This document shows positions 59,174 through 64,000 of a stretch of DNA of 64,000 nt, one piece after another (the first letter of the stretch is position 1; each line of letters starts with the position of its first letter). The stretch lies in NCBI GenBank assembly GCA_964525635.1, contig CAZGJX010000003.1:39465-103464 (forward strand), written 5' to 3'. This DNA is from an uncultured archaeon (GTDB lineage: Archaea; Asgardarchaeota; Lokiarchaeia; Sigyniarchaeales; SOKP01). Below the pieces are notes generated by a model. The model was not told the origin of the DNA. It saw only the letters and a program-made list of their open reading frames with translations, and did no database searches. A program made the position numbers and the translations under genes.

Positions 59174-62100
59174 TTGACGGTCATAGAAGGAAAATACGCA
59201 TATCCATATATAACAGTATTCAAGAAAGAACCTTTTCAATCCTTTCTTACTGTAAAAAAACAAGATATAGGATTATTTTATTTTAGTCAATATGAGAAGG
59301 TTTTAGAATTTTTGAATTATTTTACAGAGAATCTCTTTTTTATTCAATCATTAAATCTTGAAGATATTTATTGGTATTTATTATTGAAGAAATATTTAAA
59401 CGTGACTATAGAACCAGGTATTAAAGCAAAGATTTATGATTTTATTAAGGGTTGTGAAATAGATAAAGATGGAAAATTAGGATTTAAATTCTCTCTTCAT
59501 AAGGAACAAAAACAACCAGATATTTGGTCAACTTATTTAGCGATTTCAAATCTTTATTTATTGGGTGATCTTAGTTTATATCTTAAAACTAAAGGAGAAG
59601 GTATTGTTTTAACTCAAATAAAAGATTTTATTTCTTTACTTGATAAAGGAGATAAGTTCATACACTGTCTTGAAAAAGATTGTGAAATTTGTAAAAAAAA
59701 CCTATCTTATAAAACGTTATATTATGTCTTAGAAATTTTATTTTTATTAAATCTGGAAGTTAGAGAACATAAATCTAAATTTTCATCATATTTAAAGGAT
59801 TTGAAAAAAGATCCTTCTATAATTTTTAAATTATTAAGTCTTAAATTTTTGGATCTCGATCTTAATATTGATGAGAAATTTCTTCATTATTTGCTTGATT
59901 TTCAAAAAGATAATGGAGGTTTTAGTTTTAAAACTGTCAATGGGAAGGTTAATACGACCTTTTGGATAACCTATGTTTTAAACAATTATATATGGCTAAT
60001 GGATTATAATCCTTCAGGAATATATTCATTCATTAATTTACATTTAAATCAAATACTAAAAGATAAATCTTCTTGCTCCTCGAAAAGACTAATAGAAGTC
60101 TCAAAACTAATCATTATCCTTTCTATAATTTGGGATAAATTAATTGAAGAAATTGAGTCTGTATTATTCAAACAAATTGAAGAAAATAGATATATTGATA
60201 TTAAACAATTAAAAAACTCGTTTGGATTATCTGAAGGAATAGAAGAAATTGTGTCATATATTAATTTAAATTATTCGTTTAATCTTAAGATACTAGATAA
60301 TAATATAGAATTCAAGAATTATTTGAGAAGTCTTACCCCAGGAGATAAGTTTCTAGCTTCTGAAGTTTTTAACCAAAGTCAAAAAAAGAGTATAATCTCT
60401 TTGACGAATATTATGAATAAATACAATATGAAATACAATAAAGCGCAAATTAAAATAAAAGATTTTATCCCAATCATAAAAAAAATGATTGAAAATCATT
60501 TGTTAAAGGGTGAAATAAAGACTAAGAAAAAATATCTCTTTGTAACCAAATACTATTTTTATTTAGATTTTGTTTTAGAAAAAATAATAATCTCAGATAT
60601 GGCTATAAAATGCGAGCAATTATTCGAAGAAAAGAAGATCATTGAGGACATTAAAAATGATATTTATAATATGACTCTTAAACTTAAAACTACGGTTTCA
60701 CAAATTAAGGAGGAAATCGAAAGTTATTTATTAATTAATGAGATAAAAATAGCTAAAGATAGGTTAAAATTTATTACTAGAAATGCTCTTATGGAATCCG
60801 ATTTTTTGAATGAAAATATAGAAAACTCATTTAATGAAGAGTTATATTATATCAATATTCAAGCAACTTTAAGATCTGAAATAACTAATTGGCACAAAAC
60901 TTACTCTGTTTTAAGTAAAAGAATAAATAATATTGAATTGCAATTAAAAGAGAAAATATCTGAGAGAGAAGAAATTAGTAAGTTTGACAATATATTAGAT
61001 GAATTGGATAATAAGCTTAGTAATTTAGAAAATTATTTTAATAAGGAGATTGATAGTTTTCGTATATTTTTAACCACAACACTAGAAGATGGCTATAATT
61101 CTGAGAAATTTAATTTGATAGTGGAAGAATTCAATAAGATCATAAAAAGTATGGCAAAATTTGATAGTGTAATTTATAATGTTTCTCAACAAATTACAAA
61201 AAAGGAAGAAAGTCTGCTTAAAAAACATAAACAATTAATATCCTATTGGATTGGTATTAAAGAGGATCTAGATAAAGTAATTAATTTTTATTCCGAAGGT
61301 TTGCTCTTTTTTAAAGAGAAAATTAAATTAACTGAGAAAATACTTGATGAAGTAAAATATGAACTCTTAGCGATAAATGAAAAAGCACAAGAAAAAGTTA
61401 GAACGAATGACTTTCAAAATGCATTTGAAATTATCAAAAAGGAATCAGGGATACTTTTAGAAAAAAATCTTGAAGAAATAAAAACACTTCATAAAGAAGT
61501 AAAAAAAGAAATAAAATCAAAACATAAGCTCTATATACTTTTTCGATTTCTACAAGAAAAGATAGAAGAGTTAGAAGAAAAAATAATTGAAATTATCTCT
61601 AAGGGAACTTATTCTTTAAAAGAAAAATTAGTTGAAGAGAGAAATAGAGTAAAAATTGAAGAATTTGATAATTTTGTTTCTGAAAAAATTAGTTTAATTA
61701 GAAAAGGTCTAACAGATTATAAAATTCAATTAGAACATACAATTAAAACATCAAAATTAGATATTCAAGATGTTATAAAGGGTTTTGATGATATCTTAAA
61801 TGAATTCGAGGAATTTAACTCAATATATCTAAAGAAATTAAATAAGAATCAGGATATCATAGAAAAGATAGATGAAAAATCAAATCTTACAGTTATGCAA
61901 TGGGAAAGGTTCCGCGAATACGTTAGAAATGAAATAACAAACTTGAAAGAAGAATACATAAATGAAATTCTTAGCGTGAAAATTCTTTTTATAGCTGAAA
62001 ATAAAGGTTCAAATTATGTGAATATAAAAGAACTTGCGAGAAAGTTGAATATAAAATGTAAGGAAGCTAGTGACAGAATTAGGGAAATGATTGAAATCTC

Positions 62101-63601
62101 TAGACTCAACGGGGAGATTAATGAGGATGATAAATTTGTATTGATTTTTACTAATTATTATTATAAAAATAAAGAGCTAAGAAATTTCATTTATAATCAA
62201 ATAATTAAATACAATAATGAGACAATAGGTAAGACGTTATCTCTTTATGATTCATGTATTAAAAATAGAACCTTGGGAATAAATATGCTGGAGCTCTCAA
62301 ATAGGATAAATGAATTGGAAGATTTTGACGAAAAAATGCAAGAGAGATTCGAAAATAAAGTAAAAGAACTTATTATTGATATTGAGAGTAGAAAAGAATT
62401 TAAAGAAACAAAAGATTATTTCAGAAATATTATTGATGATTCAAAAAGCGGAATTGAAAATATTAAAAATAATCTAAATCAATTTAAATCACTTCAAAAT
62501 CTTGTTAATATAGAATATAATAATTTAACAATTGATTTTAGTCAAAAATTCCAAAAAATAGAAGAAGATCTTGATAAATTAGATACTTTCGAGAAAATGA
62601 ATGCTTATTTCGAAAGTATTAAAGTTAAGCTGGAAGAAAAAATAAAAGAAAGACAAGAAAAACTTGAGATTAAACTTAAAGATTCAATTGAAAAAAATAG
62701 TGAAACCATAAAATTAAATCCTGAAATAAGAGAATTCTTTGTTAAAAAGAAAAATATTTTTTTGCATGATTATGATGAGAAAATAAGGAATATAAATTAT
62801 AAAATTAGTCGAAAGAAAAATGAAATTCTTCAGGGAGAATTGCTAGATTTTATCAATAATAGTAAAATCCAACTAAACCAATTATTGGGTGTATTGCAAA
62901 CAAGAATAGAAGATGATGTTGAAGTAAAGGAATTTAAAAGAGCGACTAATAACATTGATAAGAGAATAACCAATATTAAAGTTCTATTGAAAATAAATAA
63001 AAGAAATTTGAAGGATCTTATTAGAGATATTAGTAGACAAGCAAAAGATTTTGAAACCAAGAATAAATATATCTTAGATGATTTTAACCAATATTTAATA
63101 GAATATAAATCAATTTTACTTGAGAAAGCTAAAACTCTTGAAAGATATATTTTAAGATCATTCATAGAAATGGCTATTAAGGCCGTTTCAAATGAATATC
63201 TAACCCTAGGTTTTATGAATAAAGAAATAGCAATAAAAAAGCAAAACATTCAAGATCATCTCTTAACTTTAATTAGTCAGGATAAATTAAAAGGTAAATA
63301 TGATCCTCGGTTGGGATTATATTATGAAAATCCTGATGTTATCGAAAATTTAGATGAAACTGAACTAGAAGTTATGAAGAAAATGAATTATAAAGTCTAT
63401 ATGTTCATGAACCGTCTAAAAAATTTTACCAGCCATTATTATTCAATTATTGGATTCTTTGCTAGTATGTTCACACTTAGTTACTATTTATTGTTATTTA
63501 GTGGATGGAATCTCGCTGTATTAATCATTCCTATATTAATTATTATTGTATTATTTTATTATCTATTCACAAGAAGAAAAGAAAAGAAAATGGATATTTG
63601 A
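59174..63601 (+). CDS. 1475-aa protein: prenyltransferase-like alpha/alpha-toroid repeats, winged-helix-like inserts, ~1000-aa coiled coil, C-terminal double TM anchor
   Basis: Has ..DKDGKLGFKFS..PDIWSTYLAISNLYLLG.. and ..FQKDNGGFSFK..NTTFWITYVLNNY... A long K/E/I/N heptad-like region follows. The C-terminus reads YYSIIGFFASMFTLSYYLLLFSGWNLAVLIIPILIIIVLFYYLF. The start is TTG. Confidence 0.55.
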   Translation: MTVIEGKYAYPYITVFKKEPFQSFLTVKKQDIGLFYFSQYEKVLEFLNYFTENLFFIQSLNLEDIYWYLLLKKYLNVTIEPGIKAKIYDFIKGCEIDKDGKLGFKFSLHKEQKQPDIWSTYLAISNLYLLGDLSLYLKTKGEGIVLTQIKDFISLLDKGDKFIHCLEKDCEICKKNLSYKTLYYVLEILFLLNLEVREHKSKFSSYLKDLKKDPSIIFKLLSLKFLDLDLNIDEKFLHYLLDFQKDNGGFSFKTVNGKVNTTFWITYVLNNYIWLMDYNPSGIYSFINLHLNQILKDKSSCSSKRLIEVSKLIIILSIIWDKLIEEIESVLFKQIEENRYIDIKQLKNSFGLSEGIEEIVSYINLNYSFNLKILDNNIEFKNYLRSLTPGDKFLASEVFNQSQKKSIISLTNIMNKYNMKYNKAQIKIKDFIPIIKKMIENHLLKGEIKTKKKYLFVTKYYFYLDFVLEKIIISDMAIKCEQLFEEKKIIEDIKNDIYNMTLKLKTTVSQIKEEIESYLLINEIKIAKDRLKFITRNALMESDFLNENIENSFNEELYYINIQATLRSEITNWHKTYSVLSKRINNIELQLKEKISEREEISKFDNILDELDNKLSNLENYFNKEIDSFRIFLTTTLEDGYNSEKFNLIVEEFNKIIKSMAKFDSVIYNVSQQITKKEESLLKKHKQLISYWIGIKEDLDKVINFYSEGLLFFKEKIKLTEKILDEVKYELLAINEKAQEKVRTNDFQNAFEIIKKESGILLEKNLEEIKTLHKEVKKEIKSKHKLYILFRFLQEKIEELEEKIIEIISKGTYSLKEKLVEERNRVKIEEFDNFVSEKISLIRKGLTDYKIQLEHTIKTSKLDIQDVIKGFDDILNEFEEFNSIYLKKLNKNQDIIEKIDEKSNLTVMQWERFREYVRNEITNLKEEYINEILSVKILFIAENKGSNYVNIKELARKLNIKCKEASDRIREMIEISRLNGEINEDDKFVLIFTNYYYKNKELRNFIYNQIIKYNNETIGKTLSLYDSCIKNRTLGINMLELSNRINELEDFDEKMQERFENKVKELIIDIESRKEFKETKDYFRNIIDDSKSGIENIKNNLNQFKSLQNLVNIEYNNLTIDFSQKFQKIEEDLDKLDTFEKMNAYFESIKVKLEEKIKERQEKLEIKLKDSIEKNSETIKLNPEIREFFVKKKNIFLHDYDEKIRNINYKISRKKNEILQGELLDFINNSKIQLNQLLGVLQTRIEDDVEVKEFKRATNNIDKRITNIKVLLKINKRNLKDLIRDISRQAKDFETKNKYILDDFNQYLIEYKSILLEKAKTLERYILRSFIEMAIKAVSNEYLTLGFMNKEIAIKKQNIQDHLLTLISQDKLKGKYDPRLGLYYENPDVIENLDETELEVMKKMNYKVYMFMNRLKNFTSHYYSIIGFFASMFTLSYYLLLFSGWNLAVLIIPILIIIVLFYYLFTRRKEKKMDI

Positions 63602-63632
63602 TAATTTTTAATCATAATTACTATTTTTCCTT

Positions 63633-64000
63633 TTAACAAAAATCTATTGCACATTTAAAATATTTAAATACATCTATTCTTTCAAAATCACTAAATCTAA
63701 TTGGGAATCTAATTTCTCCTATTATTTTTAGGATCTCAGAAGATAGACTATTTAATTTCAATGGATCAGATGGTTTTGACCAAATTTCATACATGTTAAT
63801 TCTATTATTTATACGATGGACATCATACCAATCAAAAGTATATATGCCTTGGCTAGCTCGTTTAATAGCATAATCCTGACATGGATCATTAATATAAAGG
63901 GTATAATTACTATATAGGGGTAAATCCGAGATTAATTTTTTCACATTATCATATTCAGGTCTTTTTTTAATTATATTTAATGGAATTGGTCCTTATCCTC
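63633..64000 (-). CDS. hypothetical protein, 5' end outside the window
   Basis: The frame stays open from the track start (GTG 63944) to the window edge (..GPIPLNIIKKRPEYDNVKKLISD..). No motif recognised. Confidence 0.35.

Noticed and set aside
1-64000. CRISPR arrays, tRNA/rRNA genes, transposases, integrases and prophage blocks
   Set aside because: There are no regularly spaced direct repeats, no GC-rich structured islands standing out from the AT-rich background, and no ORF with DDE, tyrosine- or serine-recombinase motifs that I could recognise. Absence by eye is not proof, so a tRNAscan/Infernal run would be the proper test.

Overview
This is a very AT-rich, densely coded prokaryotic chromosomal window with no rRNA, tRNA, CRISPR array, transposase or integrase that I could recognise. 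Shine-Dalgarno-like GGAGG/GGTG motifs sit upstream of many genes, and 4-nt start/stop overlaps indicate operons. The clearest block is a complete tryptophan operon, trpD-C-F-B-A-E-G (228-7081). Ordinary content includes a PAS histidine kinase with two CheY-like receivers, a GNAT, ABC-2 exporter genes, a GlcD-like FAD oxidase, a GlcF/HdrD-like Fe-S protein, an MFS/GPH transporter, an Fe-ADH, an isopropylmalate/citramalate synthase, a class-I aminotransferase, a SAM methyltransferase and an Rnl2-like ligase. The unusual content is a set of large, lineage-specific multidomain proteins whose domains resemble eukaryote-signature folds. These include longin/SNARE-like alpha/beta domains in four proteins and a UBC/RWD-like YPxxxP domain fused to a catalytically dead ABC ATPase. 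They also include a gelsolin-like head on a long coiled coil, and a 1475-aa tail-anchored coiled-coil protein with a prenyltransferase-like alpha/alpha-toroid head. My inference, which I cannot verify here, is an archaeal and probably Asgard-like origin. Other points worth a second look: (1) a Leu-codon-rich mini-ORF plus hairpin upstream of leuA/cimA; (2) a relic trpB 3' end between trpB and trpA; (3) two adjacent genes whose essential N-termini precede any ATG/GTG/TTG and sit behind SD + ATA; (4) four disrupted genes, mostly by nonsense codons; (5) an acylation/sulfation gene island. All family assignments come from motifs read by eye. No searches were run.
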